A stretch of 64,000 nucleotides of DNA from a bacterium (GTDB lineage Bacteria > UBA8248), in contig OZ241875.1 of NCBI GenBank assembly GCA_965203325.1, forward strand, positions 4,032,001 to 4,096,000, read 5' to 3'. The position numbers were made by a program, and so were the translations under genes. The notes beneath the pieces were generated by a model. That model was not told the DNA's origin. It was given only the letters and a program-made list of their open reading frames with translations, and did not search any database. Numbering within the stretch: the first letter of the stretch is position 1; every line of letters starts with the position of its first letter. Shown here piece by piece: positions 18,944 to 27,970 of this stretch.

Positions 18944-19543
18944 GTGGGGAAAATGCCAAAGTACGAGATAAGCGAAGTTCTAGCGAAAGTCATGGGGCGA
19001 TTTTGGTGTCACGGCTATTCTGCGACATCGATCAGAGATCTCGAGGTGGCGACGGGTCTCTTTCGAGGCAGTTTATACCACGCATTCGGCGATAAGCGTG
19101 AGATGTTCGTCCAGGCGCTCCACCATTACGACCAGCTCTATCGCAAAGCTCCCATCGAGGAACTCGAAAAGCATCCCTCGCCACGCGAGGCGGTGCTGGC
19201 CGTTTTCGAAACCGCCGCCTCCGTCGCGGTGGAGGATGGTTTGCAAAACGGCTGTCTCGAAGTCAACGCCGCCCTGGAGCTTGGGGCGCACGACGAGGGG
19301 GTGGCTTCTTTCATTGCCGACGCTTTCGCCGGCATGTCGAAGTTCTTTTTCGCTTCTATCGAGCGGGGGCAGGCGCATGGGGAGATTTGCCCCGAAGTTG
19401 CTCCGGAGCAAACGGCGAAATCTCTACTCAGTCTGTTCCTCGGTCTGAGGGTGCTGTCGTGCGTTTCTCCCGACCGGAGCTTTCTGGAATCCGTCGTCGA
19501 ACAGGCGAAAGCCCTCTTGCCGCCGCCTACCCCTGCTTCGTAG
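18944..19543 (+). CDS. TetR/AcrR family transcriptional regulator
   Basis: FWCHGYSATSIRDLEVATGLFRGSLYHAFGDK HTH; GCLEVNAALEL. Confidence 0.9.
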   Translation: MGKMPKYEISEVLAKVMGRFWCHGYSATSIRDLEVATGLFRGSLYHAFGDKREMFVQALHHYDQLYRKAPIEELEKHPSPREAVLAVFETAASVAVEDGLQNGCLEVNAALELGAHDEGVASFIADAFAGMSKFFFASIERGQAHGEICPEVAPEQTAKSLLSLFLGLRVLSCVSPDRSFLESVVEQAKALLPPPTPAS

Positions 19544-19590
19544 GCTTCGGGACAAGAGCAGACATCGGTTTCGCGTATCCAAAACCTCCC

Positions 19591-20670
19591 TCAACCACCA
19601 ATATCGATCTTCCGCGTGACGGAGCGCGTGGGGCCGAAGGTGGGCATGTAGCACGAATGCTTGCCGGCGCCGCCCGCCACGATGAGGAGCAAATCGTTCG
19701 GCTCGTCCAGAAGCGGGAGCTCGAAATCATCGTCGTCTTCGTGTTCGGCTATTTCCTCGCCCCATGTCTGCATCCCCCACATGGCGCCGCGCTTTAGCTG
19801 GCGCACGGGCTTACGGGCGAGTTCGAAAATCCTCCCCTTCACGTCCGCTTTCGTGAGGCCGTCTCCCGCGATGGTCGCCGCGTGCTCGGGGCCCAAGGCG
19901 AGAACCGGTTCTCCGCGCAGATAGAAGTTGTTGCTCCCCATGATGGACATCGTATCGGCGGCGGTGGCGAGAATCCCCTCCGCCGTGTGGCTCACGTGGT
20001 CGTTGATGTTGTGGGGTCCCTCGCAGCCCACGAGCGTCACGGCGCTCTCATCGGGAGAAAGGCCGCGCTCGACGTGCAGCGGCTCCCACGGGGAGGCCGA
20101 CTCGTTCTCGGCGATGCAGAACGCGTATTTCGCGGGCGAGCCTTGCGTGGCGCGGTCCAGGACGCCGGGGCTCGCGCCGCCCACGTTCAGGAGCGTCAGG
20201 CGCATCGCGCGGCCGATCGTCGCGTTCGCCCGGTTGCCGGGGGCGAAGCACCCGTACTCGGCGTTGAGACCGATTTCCTCGACGATGGGGCCGTTGACGA
20301 TGATGAGGGGCGCCACCGGATGGGTCGTCGCCTGAATCGCGTGGAGCGAGAATTCGGGTTCGAGCACCGCCCGGGCAGCCGCCTCCAGAACGGGCATGTA
20401 CGAAGGATGGCAGCCGGCCATCACGGCGTTCACGGCGAGAACTTCCACCGTGATGACGCCCTGGCGAGGCGGCATGAGGCCGATTTCCGCATCGGACGCG
20501 AGGCCTGCGCCCTCCAACATCCGGGCGACGCGCTCGGGCGTGGGGGGAACGACGGGCAGGCCGTCGCCCCAGCCTCTCGCTTCCAGGAGGCGCGCCATCG
20601 CCTCGGGCGTGTCGCGCACCTTCACGCGCTCGCTCTCGAACATCAGATTTTCCTGGGAGTGGTCGTTCAC
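19591..20670 (-). CDS. Uncharacterised protein commonly linked to UGSC-family selenoproteins
   Basis: GWGDGLPVVPPTPERV, AVNAVMAGC, IVNGP, ANATIGRA, AENE..SPW, C-terminal VAGGAGKHSC; starts 12 nt after the UGSC stop. Confidence 0.75.
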   Translation of the reverse strand: MNDHSQENLMFESERVKVRDTPEAMARLLEARGWGDGLPVVPPTPERVARMLEGAGLASDAEIGLMPPRQGVITVEVLAVNAVMAGCHPSYMPVLEAAARAVLEPEFSLHAIQATTHPVAPLIIVNGPIVEEIGLNAEYGCFAPGNRANATIGRAMRLTLLNVGGASPGVLDRATQGSPAKYAFCIAENESASPWEPLHVERGLSPDESAVTLVGCEGPHNINDHVSHTAEGILATAADTMSIMGSNNFYLRGEPVLALGPEHAATIAGDGLTKADVKGRIFELARKPVRQLKRGAMWGMQTWGEEIAEHEDDDDFELPLLDEPNDLLLIVAGGAGKHSCYMPTFGPTRSVTRKIDIGG

Positions 20671-20682
20671 ATCGAAGCCCGC

Positions 20683-21291
20683 CTATGCGAAGAGCGCCTT
20701 GTGGCGCACGGTCTTGCGTGGCGGGACGTATTCGCGCTCGCGGTATTCTTGTCTGAGCGACTCCGCATCGCTCGTGAGGATGCGCCGCACCTCCTCCACC
20801 GCGCCGTCGCCCAGGGCGCGCGCTTGTTCGGGCGCGATGCCGCCGACCGGATGCGCCACGACGACTATCGGGAGGCCGGGCATTCCCAGCGCCGTTCTCT
20901 CGTTCGCGCCCAGGGCCGAAAATTCACTCGAGCAGAACGTGGCCGTCGGAACGCCCGCTTTTTCCATCTCCACCGAGTCATGGATACTCCATGACGTGCA
21001 GCTCCCTCAGTCGCCCACCGCGCAGACGGCGACGTCCACCTGTTCGAGGAATTCCTCGAGGCGATCCTCGGGCAGGGTGGGGTTCGGCTTCCCCCAACGG
21101 ACGACGTGCAGCGTCTCGTCTTCTTGCGCGAACAGCTCTTCGATCCGCTCGAGCAGGACGTCGGCGTTGGGCTTGTTGTTGTGGAAAAAACCGACTTTGA
21201 GACCCCCCAGGTCTTCGGGACGCTCCGCCAGGGGGTGGTCGCCCGCGCGGACGAAGGAGGTGGGTTGTAAGATTTCAATCGTCTGGCTCAT
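20683..21291 (-). CDS. UGSC-family selenoprotein (202 aa, Sec at TGA 21007-21009)
   Basis: ORFs 21007-21291 and 20683-20973 are in one frame, joined through a single TGA: ...VCAVGD-U-GSCTSWSIHDSVEMEKAGVPT...; UxxC motif; SECIS-like hairpin follows. Confidence 0.88.
20971..20998 (-). promoter_or_regulatory. Putative bacterial SECIS element
   Basis: mRNA UGA-GGGAGCUG-CAC-GUCAUGGA-GUA-UCCAUGAC-UCG-GUG: perfect 8-bp stem beginning 11 nt after the UGA, with G at the start of the apical loop. Confidence 0.75.
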
Positions 21292-21319
21292 CTCGAATCT
21301 CCGTAATGGGGATGTTGGA

Positions 21320-22485
21320 CTACAAACTCAATAAATTCTGGGCGATGACCATGCGCTGTATCTGGTTGGTTCCCTCGATGATCTGCAACTGCTTCGCGTC
21401 CCTCATGAACCGCTCGAGCGGATGGTCTTTCATGTAACCCGCGCCGCCGAGCACCTGAACCCCGTCCACGGCGGCCTTCATGGCGGCGTCGGTGGCGTAG
21501 CATTTCGCGGCGCAGATGAAATGCACGTGTTCTTTCCGGTAGCGGCCATTATCCACCATCGAGGCGGCGCGGTAAACGAGCAGACGGGCCGCCTCGGTTT
21601 CCATGAACATGTCGGCGAGCATGAACTGCACCGCCTGGTGCTGCGCGATGGGTTTGCCGAAGGCCTCGCGCTCCCTGGCGTAGTTCGAGGTGTAATCGAG
21701 ACACCCCTGCGCCAGACCCACGCCGCGCGCGCCGATGACGGGCCGCGCCTGGTTGAAGCCGAGCATGGCCGTCTTGAAGCCGAGGCCGCGCTCGCCGATC
21801 ATGTTCTCATATGGCACGCGCGCATCTTCCAGGAACACCTCACAGGTCGGAATGCCCCGCATCCCTTCTTCCGCTCATGACGCCCCACGCGGAACTCTCC
21901 CCTGGGAACGATGAAGAACGATATGCCCTTCGCCCCCAATTCGGGTTCGGTCTTCGCCGCCACGGTGATGAAATCCGCGACGCTCGAACCCGTGCAGTAG
22001 CATTTCTGGCCGTTGATGACCCACGAATCGCCGTCCCGGACCGCCCTTGTCGATATGTTCGCGGCGTCGGAACCCGCGTGCGGCTCGGTGAGCGAGAAGG
22101 CGGGCCGCAAATCGCCCCGGGCGACGCCTCCGAGATAGGTTTTTTTCTGTTCCTCGCTTCCGCCGATGGCGACGGGCCGCGTGGCGAGCAGGTGGACGGA
22201 GAAGAAAAGAGGGGAGTTCGAGCAAAAGCGCGCCATCTGCTCGATGGCGACACAGGTTTCGAGTATTCCCAGACCCGCTCCACCATAGGCTTCGGGAACG
22301 TAGAGGCCGAGCAGATCGTGGGATTTCAAGAGCTGAAAGATGTCTTCAGGGTATTCGTTGTTCTCGTCGACCGCAGCGGCGCGCGGCGCAATGTGGCGTC
22401 GGCTCAGTTCATACACCGTCTCGGCCAGCATCCGCTGGGATTCGTCAAGTTCGAACGCTCCCCCGGTATCCACCTTTCCCGTCAC
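21320..22485 (-). pseudogene. Acyl-CoA dehydrogenase with a 1-nt frameshift (pseudogene or sequencing error)
   Basis: ORFs 21799-22485 and 21320-21862 are the N- and C-halves; AAGAAGGGATG (~21860-21870) is 1 nt shorter than AAGATGGGGATG (KMGM) in the paralog. Confidence 0.8.
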
Positions 22486-22498
22486 CCCCGGATTGCCC

Positions 22499-23671
22499 CT
22501 AGAGGCCGAGCAGGTTCCGGGCGATGATCATCCGCTGTATCTGGCTCGTTCCCTCGACGATCTGGATTTGCTTGGCGTCGCGCATGAACCGCTCGAGCGG
22601 GTGGTCCTTCATGTAGCCCGCCCCGCCGAGGACCTGGATGCTGTCTATCGCGCACTTCATCGCCATGTCGGCCGCGTAGGTCTTGGCCGTCGAGAAATAC
22701 CTGGCGTTCTCCTTGCCGATCCGGCCGGCGTCCACCATCGCCGCCGCGCGGTAGACGAGCAGCCGCGCCGCCTCGATGTCCATGAACATGTCGGCGAGCA
22801 TGAACTGCACCGCCTGGTGCTGCGCGATGGGCTTGCCGAACGCCTCGCGCTCCTTGGCGTAATTGGCCGCGTAGTCGAGACACCCCTGCGCGAGACCCAC
22901 CGCGCGCGAGCCGATGGCCGGCCGCATCTGGTTGAAGCCTACCATCGCGGTCTTGAAGCCCGCGTTCAACTCGCCCACCTGGTTCTCGAGCGGGACGGCC
23001 ACGTTGTCCAAGTTGAGCATGCAGGTGGCGACCCCCCGCATCCCCATCTTGCGCTCGTGCTTGGCGATGCTGAAGCCCGGCGCGTCGGTGGGCACGATGT
23101 AGTAGGTGATCCCGCGCGTGCCCGCGTGGGGGTCGGTCTTGGCTGCGACGGTGATGAAGTCCGCCTTGTCAGGCCCCGTGCAGAAGCACTTCGTGCCGTT
23201 GATGACCCACTCATCACCCTCCTTGACGGCGCGCGTGCGGATGTTGCCGGCGTCTGAACCCGCGTGGGGTTCGGTGAGCGCGTAGGAGCCCCTGAGTTCG
23301 CCTTTCGCGAGGCCCGTCATGTAGTGGTCTTTCTGCTCCTGCGTGCCGCTTAAGTCGATGACGCGGCTCGAGAGCATGTTGAGCACGATGAACAGCGGCG
23401 AATTCGAGCAGACGCGCGCGATCTCCTCGATGGCGACGCACCCGCCCAGAAAGCCCATGCCGCCGCCCCCGTATTCTTCGGGGAAGAAGATGCCGAGCAG
23501 GCCGTATTCCTTTTGCAACTGGTAGATGTCCTCGGGGTATTCCTCGTTCTCGTCGATGTCGGCGGCCCGCGGGGCGATGTAGCGCTCCGAGAGTTCGCGC
23601 ACCGTCTGTCGGAGCATCTTCTGGGTTTCGTCGAGGTCGAATTGCAGCGTGGTTTCCGTTTGCAGGCTCAT
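22499..23671 (-). CDS. Acyl-CoA dehydrogenase
   Basis: YALTEPHAGSDA, INGTKCFCT, KMGMRG, REAFGKPI, GGAGY, IVEGTSQIQR. Confidence 0.95.
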   Translation of the reverse strand: MSLQTETTLQFDLDETQKMLRQTVRELSERYIAPRAADIDENEEYPEDIYQLQKEYGLLGIFFPEEYGGGGMGFLGGCVAIEEIARVCSNSPLFIVLNMLSSRVIDLSGTQEQKDHYMTGLAKGELRGSYALTEPHAGSDAGNIRTRAVKEGDEWVINGTKCFCTGPDKADFITVAAKTDPHAGTRGITYYIVPTDAPGFSIAKHERKMGMRGVATCMLNLDNVAVPLENQVGELNAGFKTAMVGFNQMRPAIGSRAVGLAQGCLDYAANYAKEREAFGKPIAQHQAVQFMLADMFMDIEAARLLVYRAAAMVDAGRIGKENARYFSTAKTYAADMAMKCAIDSIQVLGGAGYMKDHPLERFMRDAKQIQIVEGTSQIQRMIIARNLLGL

Positions 23672-23795
23672 TTCATGGCTCCAGCGGTTTGATTTTAGAT
23701 GGGAATGCGATAGGCAAGTTGATAAAAACCTTATAAAAATTGTCCAATCAATAAGTTATGAGGCAAAATTGAAACAATTCCATTAAATATATGCA

Positions 23796-24056
23796 CTAAC
23801 GGTAGATGTCTTTACGGTGCCCGATGTCGAGAATGGTGATTATAGAGCCGCCCTCAAGAGCATACAAAATCCGGTAATCCCCCGAACGTATCCTGTATAC
23901 ATCCCTCGAAATCCCGCGAACTCTCGTCCCTCCATGCGTCTCGCTATCCGCCAATCTGTCAATCCTGTTCCTTATCTGTCGCTTCAGTTTTTTGGTCGGG
24001 AGTTTTTCGAGGGCATGTATCGCCCTGTCCGTATACCGAATTTCGGACGGATTCAC
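23796..24056 (-). CDS. RelE/ParE family toxin
   Basis: YRIRSGDYRILY...ILDIGHRKDIYR. Confidence 0.88.
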   Translation of the reverse strand: MNPSEIRYTDRAIHALEKLPTKKLKRQIRNRIDRLADSETHGGTRVRGISRDVYRIRSGDYRILYALEGGSIITILDIGHRKDIYR

Positions 24057-24235
24057 TACTCGGTGATGCGATCAAGGGTCTCGGTTAATTCTTGTCCCGA
24101 TACGAGTTTCTCACGCCCTTTTTCGATATCTCTCAGGATTTTCTCGGCCATTTCGGCGTCGACGGCGTCTTCGAACTCTCCGGTTTCCTCGTGGTCCGCG
24201 ACATCTTCCAGATTTTTCGCGACGTTCCGACCCAT
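24056..24235 (-). CDS. Cognate acidic antitoxin of the RelE toxin
   Basis: 59-aa acidic ORF, RBS AAGGAG, stop overlaps the toxin start by 1 nt. Confidence 0.65.
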   Translation of the reverse strand: MGRNVAKNLEDVADHEETGEFEDAVDAEMAEKILRDIEKGREKLVSGQELTETLDRITE

Positions 24236-24264
24236 CTCGTTTCTCCTTGTCCATGGGTATTCGC

Positions 24265-24293
24265 AATATAATTTCACGCTTTCGCTTTGTCAA
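24265..24293 (-). promoter_or_regulatory. Sigma70 promoter of the TA operon
   Basis: TTGACA (24293-24288), 17 nt, TATATT (24270-24265). Confidence 0.65.
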
Positions 24294-24448
24294 TTTTGCA
24301 TTGATTTACACGAGAGGCATTTCATCCCTCTCGCAGCGATTGCGCCTCAACGCTTACGGGGGAATAATGTCCCGGATCCAATTTAGTTCGCTTAGGCGTT
24401 CGCCGAACCTCTCGACGTGCGCCCCGTTTCGATGGAGGAGTTTTGCGC

Positions 24449-25615
24449 ATGGACCTCGTCATACGCGGCGGATACGTCATAGACCCCTCACAGGGTCTGG
24501 AGGGGACGATGGACGTTGAGATCGCGCGCGGCCGCGTGCGGCAGGTCGCTCCCCACATCGAGCCGAATGGCAGACAGACGCTGAACGCGCGGGGGAAAAT
24601 CGTCACCCCCGGCCTGGTCGACCTCCACTGCCATTTTTATGAGGGTTTTACGCACTACGGCGTGAATCTGGAAGCGGCCATGCTCTCGCGCGGGGTGACG
24701 ACGGCGGTGGACACCGGAAGCGCCGGCGCGCAGACGTACCCGGGTTTCCAGGAATGGTTCCTGGAGAAGGCGCGCCCGACGGTGCGCGCTTACTTGAACA
24801 TCTCTGAAGGCGGGTTGTTGATAGACGGTCTGGGCGAGAACATCGACATGCGCGCGCTGCGCGTGGACAGGGCGGTGGATTGCTACCGGAAGCACCGGAA
24901 ATACTTGATCGGGATGAAGGTGCGCTTAAGCAAGAACGTGGTGGAGCGAAGCGGCACGAAACCCCTGGACGCGGCGCTCGAAGCGGCGGAGTCTCTGAAA
25001 GTGCCCCTTATGGTGCACGTGGGCGACACGCCCTCTTCATTGCCGAGCATCCTGAAGCGTCTCCGCCCAGGCGACGTGCTCACGCACGCGTTTCACGGCC
25101 GCAGCGAGAACATACTCGACAGGCGGGGCCGGGTGCGCCGCGCGGTGTGGGAGGCGCGGGATTCGGGCGTGCTGCTCGACGTGGCGCACGGGCGATCGAG
25201 CTTCAGTTTCGAGATCATGGAGCGGGCCATGGCCCAGGGTCTGATGCCCGGAAACCTGAGCACCGACCTCCATACGCACTGCATCCACGGCCCGGTGTAT
25301 GATTTTCCCAGTCTCATGAGCAAGTTTCTGGCCTTAGGACTCCCTCTCGCCGAAGTGGTGCGGCTCAGCACGCAGACGGCCGCCGAGTGGATCGGCCTCA
25401 AGGGGAAAGTGGGGACGCTCCAAAAAGGCGCGAGAGGCGACGTCGCCGTGTTCCGGGTGAAGGAAGGCCGGTTCGTATTCGAGGACAGCATGGGGGCGCG
25501 GCGCACGGGGAGGCGGATGCTCGAGGCGACGCACGTGGTCCTGGGGGGCAGGCTGCTCAGGCCGTCCGGGAAAGAGCGGCGTAGACTCACCGAGGTATCG
25601 GTAAAACAGAAATAA
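24449..25615 (+). CDS. Amidohydrolase/deacetylase (dihydroorotase-like metallohydrolase)
   Basis: PGLVDLHCH, GVTTAVDTGSAG, GMKVR, LMVHVG, DVAHGRSSF, STDLH. Confidence 0.88.
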   Translation: MDLVIRGGYVIDPSQGLEGTMDVEIARGRVRQVAPHIEPNGRQTLNARGKIVTPGLVDLHCHFYEGFTHYGVNLEAAMLSRGVTTAVDTGSAGAQTYPGFQEWFLEKARPTVRAYLNISEGGLLIDGLGENIDMRALRVDRAVDCYRKHRKYLIGMKVRLSKNVVERSGTKPLDAALEAAESLKVPLMVHVGDTPSSLPSILKRLRPGDVLTHAFHGRSENILDRRGRVRRAVWEARDSGVLLDVAHGRSSFSFEIMERAMAQGLMPGNLSTDLHTHCIHGPVYDFPSLMSKFLALGLPLAEVVRLSTQTAAEWIGLKGKVGTLQKGARGDVAVFRVKEGRFVFEDSMGARRTGRRMLEATHVVLGGRLLRPSGKERRRLTEVSVKQK

Positions 25616-25722
25616 TCTGAAATTCCGGTGCCGGGGGTTGACTCCCCGGCTTGGCAGGATTATTTTACGGCCTTGTTTTTCAGGGGAATAAAACTTTTTT
25701 TGAAAATCCAGAGGCAAGCAGA

Positions 25723-25800
25723 ATGCGGACGACGACAAGATATTTTGGCGGATATCGCTTTTTCGGCTTTATCCCCGTCCGTCCGCGCGCCGTGATGTAG
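25723..25800 (+). CDS. Phe/Tyr-rich leader peptide (25 aa) of the aroF attenuator
   Basis: MRTTTRYFGGYRFFGFIPVRPRAVM*; 4 Phe + 2 Tyr within 10 codons; possible promoter TTGACT-17-TATTTT at 25638-25666. Confidence 0.8.
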   Translation: MRTTTRYFGGYRFFGFIPVRPRAVM

Positions 25801-25854
25801 CAAACAAACGGCGGCGGGCGGACAGCCCGGCCGCCACGGACAATCGAGAAACAC

Positions 25855-25886
25855 TCGCCGTGGGAAGCCTCACGGCGATTTTTTTT
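25855..25886 (+). terminator. Attenuator terminator upstream of aroF
   Basis: TCGCCGTGGG-AAGC-CTCACGGCGA followed by T8. Confidence 0.85.
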
Positions 25887-25929
25887 GAAGCTTGCGCTGA
25901 AAATTTCAAGAGGGAAAAGGAGATTTATC

Positions 25930-26949
25930 TTGATTATCGTGATGAAACAAGGCGCGACGGATGAGGAAATCCAGAACGCCATCGGCAGGATCAACGAACT
26001 CGGCTACAAGGAGCACGTCATCAAAGGGGTGGAGCGTACGGTGATCGGGGCCATCGGGGATGAACGGGGGAAATACATGCTGGAATCACTTGTTTCGTTG
26101 AATGGGGTGGAAAGCGCGATGCCCATTCTCAAGCCCTTCAAACTGGCGAGCGCGGAGGGAAGGCCCGAGCGCAGCCAGTTGCCGATGGGCGAGGGAGTGG
26201 AAATCGGCGGAGATCAACTCATCATCGTCGGCGGGCCGTGCTCGGTGGAGAGCAGGGAGCAGATCATGGAATCCGCCGAAGTGGTAAAGGAGGGCGGCGG
26301 CCACGTCTTAAGGGGCGGCGCCTACAAGCCGCGCACCTCGCCGTACAGTTTCCAGGGCATGGCGGAAGAGGGGCTCGCACTCCTCGCCGAGGCGCGCGAA
26401 AAGACGGGCCTTCCCATCCAGACGGAGGTCATGGACTCCGAAGACATCGACGTGTGCTGTGAATATGCGGACGTGCTGCAAATCGGCGCGCGCAACGTGC
26501 AGAACTTCTCGTTGCTGAAAAAAGTCGGCAAGACGAACAAGACCATTTTCCTGAAGCGCGGCATGTCCACGACGATTGAGGAGTTCCTGATGTCGGCCGA
26601 ATACATCATGAGCCAGGGGAACCCGAACGTCGTGCTGTGCGAGCGGGGGATACGCACCTTCGAGACGGCCACGCGCAACACGCTGGACATCAGCGCCGTG
26701 CCGGTGCTCAAGGAGCAGACGCATTTGCCGGTCGTGGTGGACCCGAGCCACGCGGCGGGCGCCTGGCGGTTCGTCGCGCCCCTGGCGAAGGCGGCCGTGG
26801 CCGTCGGGGCGGACGGCCTGATGCTGGAGATGCACCCCGAACCCGAGAGGGCGATGAGCGACGGACCGCAGTCGCTCAAACCCGAGAAGTTCGCCGCCCT
26901 CGTCGAGGAACTCAAGGTTTTCGCAGAGGCCGCCGGAAGAACGCTGTAG
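25930..26949 (+). CDS. aroF: 3-deoxy-7-phosphoheptulonate (DAHP) synthase, type I-beta with N-terminal regulatory domain
   Basis: [11 protein letters not shown]-terminus (TTG 25930), [48 protein letters not shown]. Confidence 0.95.
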   Translation: MIIVMKQGATDEEIQNAIGRINELGYKEHVIKGVERTVIGAIGDERGKYMLESLVSLNGVESAMPILKPFKLASAEGRPERSQLPMGEGVEIGGDQLIIVGGPCSVESREQIMESAEVVKEGGGHVLRGGAYKPRTSPYSFQGMAEEGLALLAEAREKTGLPIQTEVMDSEDIDVCCEYADVLQIGARNVQNFSLLKKVGKTNKTIFLKRGMSTTIEEFLMSAEYIMSQGNPNVVLCERGIRTFETATRNTLDISAVPVLKEQTHLPVVVDPSHAAGAWRFVAPLAKAAVAVGADGLMLEMHPEPERAMSDGPQSLKPEKFAALVEELKVFAEAAGRTL

Positions 26950-26950
26950 C

Positions 26951-27820
26951 ATGTCCGTTCTTTTCGTGTTCGTGGACGGCCTGGGAATCGCCCCGCCTGC
27001 GCCGGGAAATCCACTCTCCCGCGTGAGGGAACCCCCGCTGGGGCTTTTATGTGGAAACGCGGCGCCGGGTTTCCGCCTCATCGAGGCGGACGCCTGCCTC
27101 GGCGTCGAGGGTATCCCCCAGAGCGCAACGGGCGGCACGGCCTTGTTCACGGGCGTGAACGCGCCCAAGGCGGTGGGCAGGCACGTCCAGGCCCTTCCGA
27201 ATACGCAACTACGCCGCATCATCTGCCAAAACGGACTCTTGCGGCGCGCACGCGAGAGAGGTGCGGCCGTCGGGTTCGCCAACACGTATACGCCTCGTTT
27301 TTTCATGCGCCGCAGAAACCGCATCCGCTCGGTGACCACGGTGATGGCCGAGAGCGCGGGAATGCGGCTGAACCGCCTCGAGGATCTCATCAAGGGAAGG
27401 GCCGTTTACCGCGACTACACGAACAAGATTATCGTCGAGCAAGGCCATGATGTCGCGACGTTGGACCCCGAGGAGGCGGGCGAACGCCTCGGAAAGCTGG
27501 CGCGAACCAAGGATTTGCTGGTCTATGAGTTTTTTCAGACCGATCACGTCGGACACCGCGGAACCGAGGAGGAGGCATTTGAGGTTCTGGCGGGCTTGAA
27601 CCGCTTCCTGCAGGCCGCGCTCCGGCACGTCGACCCGGCCGAGGATACGTTCGTTCTGAGCAGCGACCACGGCAACGTGGAGGATATGGAAACCTCCGCG
27701 CACACCAGAAATCCCGTACCCATATTGTTCTACGGGAAGGGTGCGGACACCTTGCTGTCGGATGCCGTGAATCCGAGCATCTGCCATGTAACGCCCCTGA
27801 TTCTCAGCATGATTTCGTAA
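26951..27820 (+). CDS. Alkaline-phosphatase-superfamily metalloenzyme (phosphoglycerate mutase/phosphopentomutase-like)
   Basis: FVDGLG, PQSATG, TDHVGH, SDHGN, HTRNPVP. Confidence 0.8.
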   Translation: MSVLFVFVDGLGIAPPAPGNPLSRVREPPLGLLCGNAAPGFRLIEADACLGVEGIPQSATGGTALFTGVNAPKAVGRHVQALPNTQLRRIICQNGLLRRARERGAAVGFANTYTPRFFMRRRNRIRSVTTVMAESAGMRLNRLEDLIKGRAVYRDYTNKIIVEQGHDVATLDPEEAGERLGKLARTKDLLVYEFFQTDHVGHRGTEEEAFEVLAGLNRFLQAALRHVDPAEDTFVLSSDHGNVEDMETSAHTRNPVPILFYGKGADTLLSDAVNPSICHVTPLILSMIS

Positions 27821-27970
27821 ATTTTTCGCAAAGATTGCCTGCTGTTTCACTCAAAGGTGGTATCCGCCCGGAAAGAGGCGGTTCCCGCTTTTCAAACATT
27901 GACTTTCGACCCGGTTATGAAATAGACTCGATCCGCATAATTCGGGTCGTTTTTGTAATATTTTGGCGAA

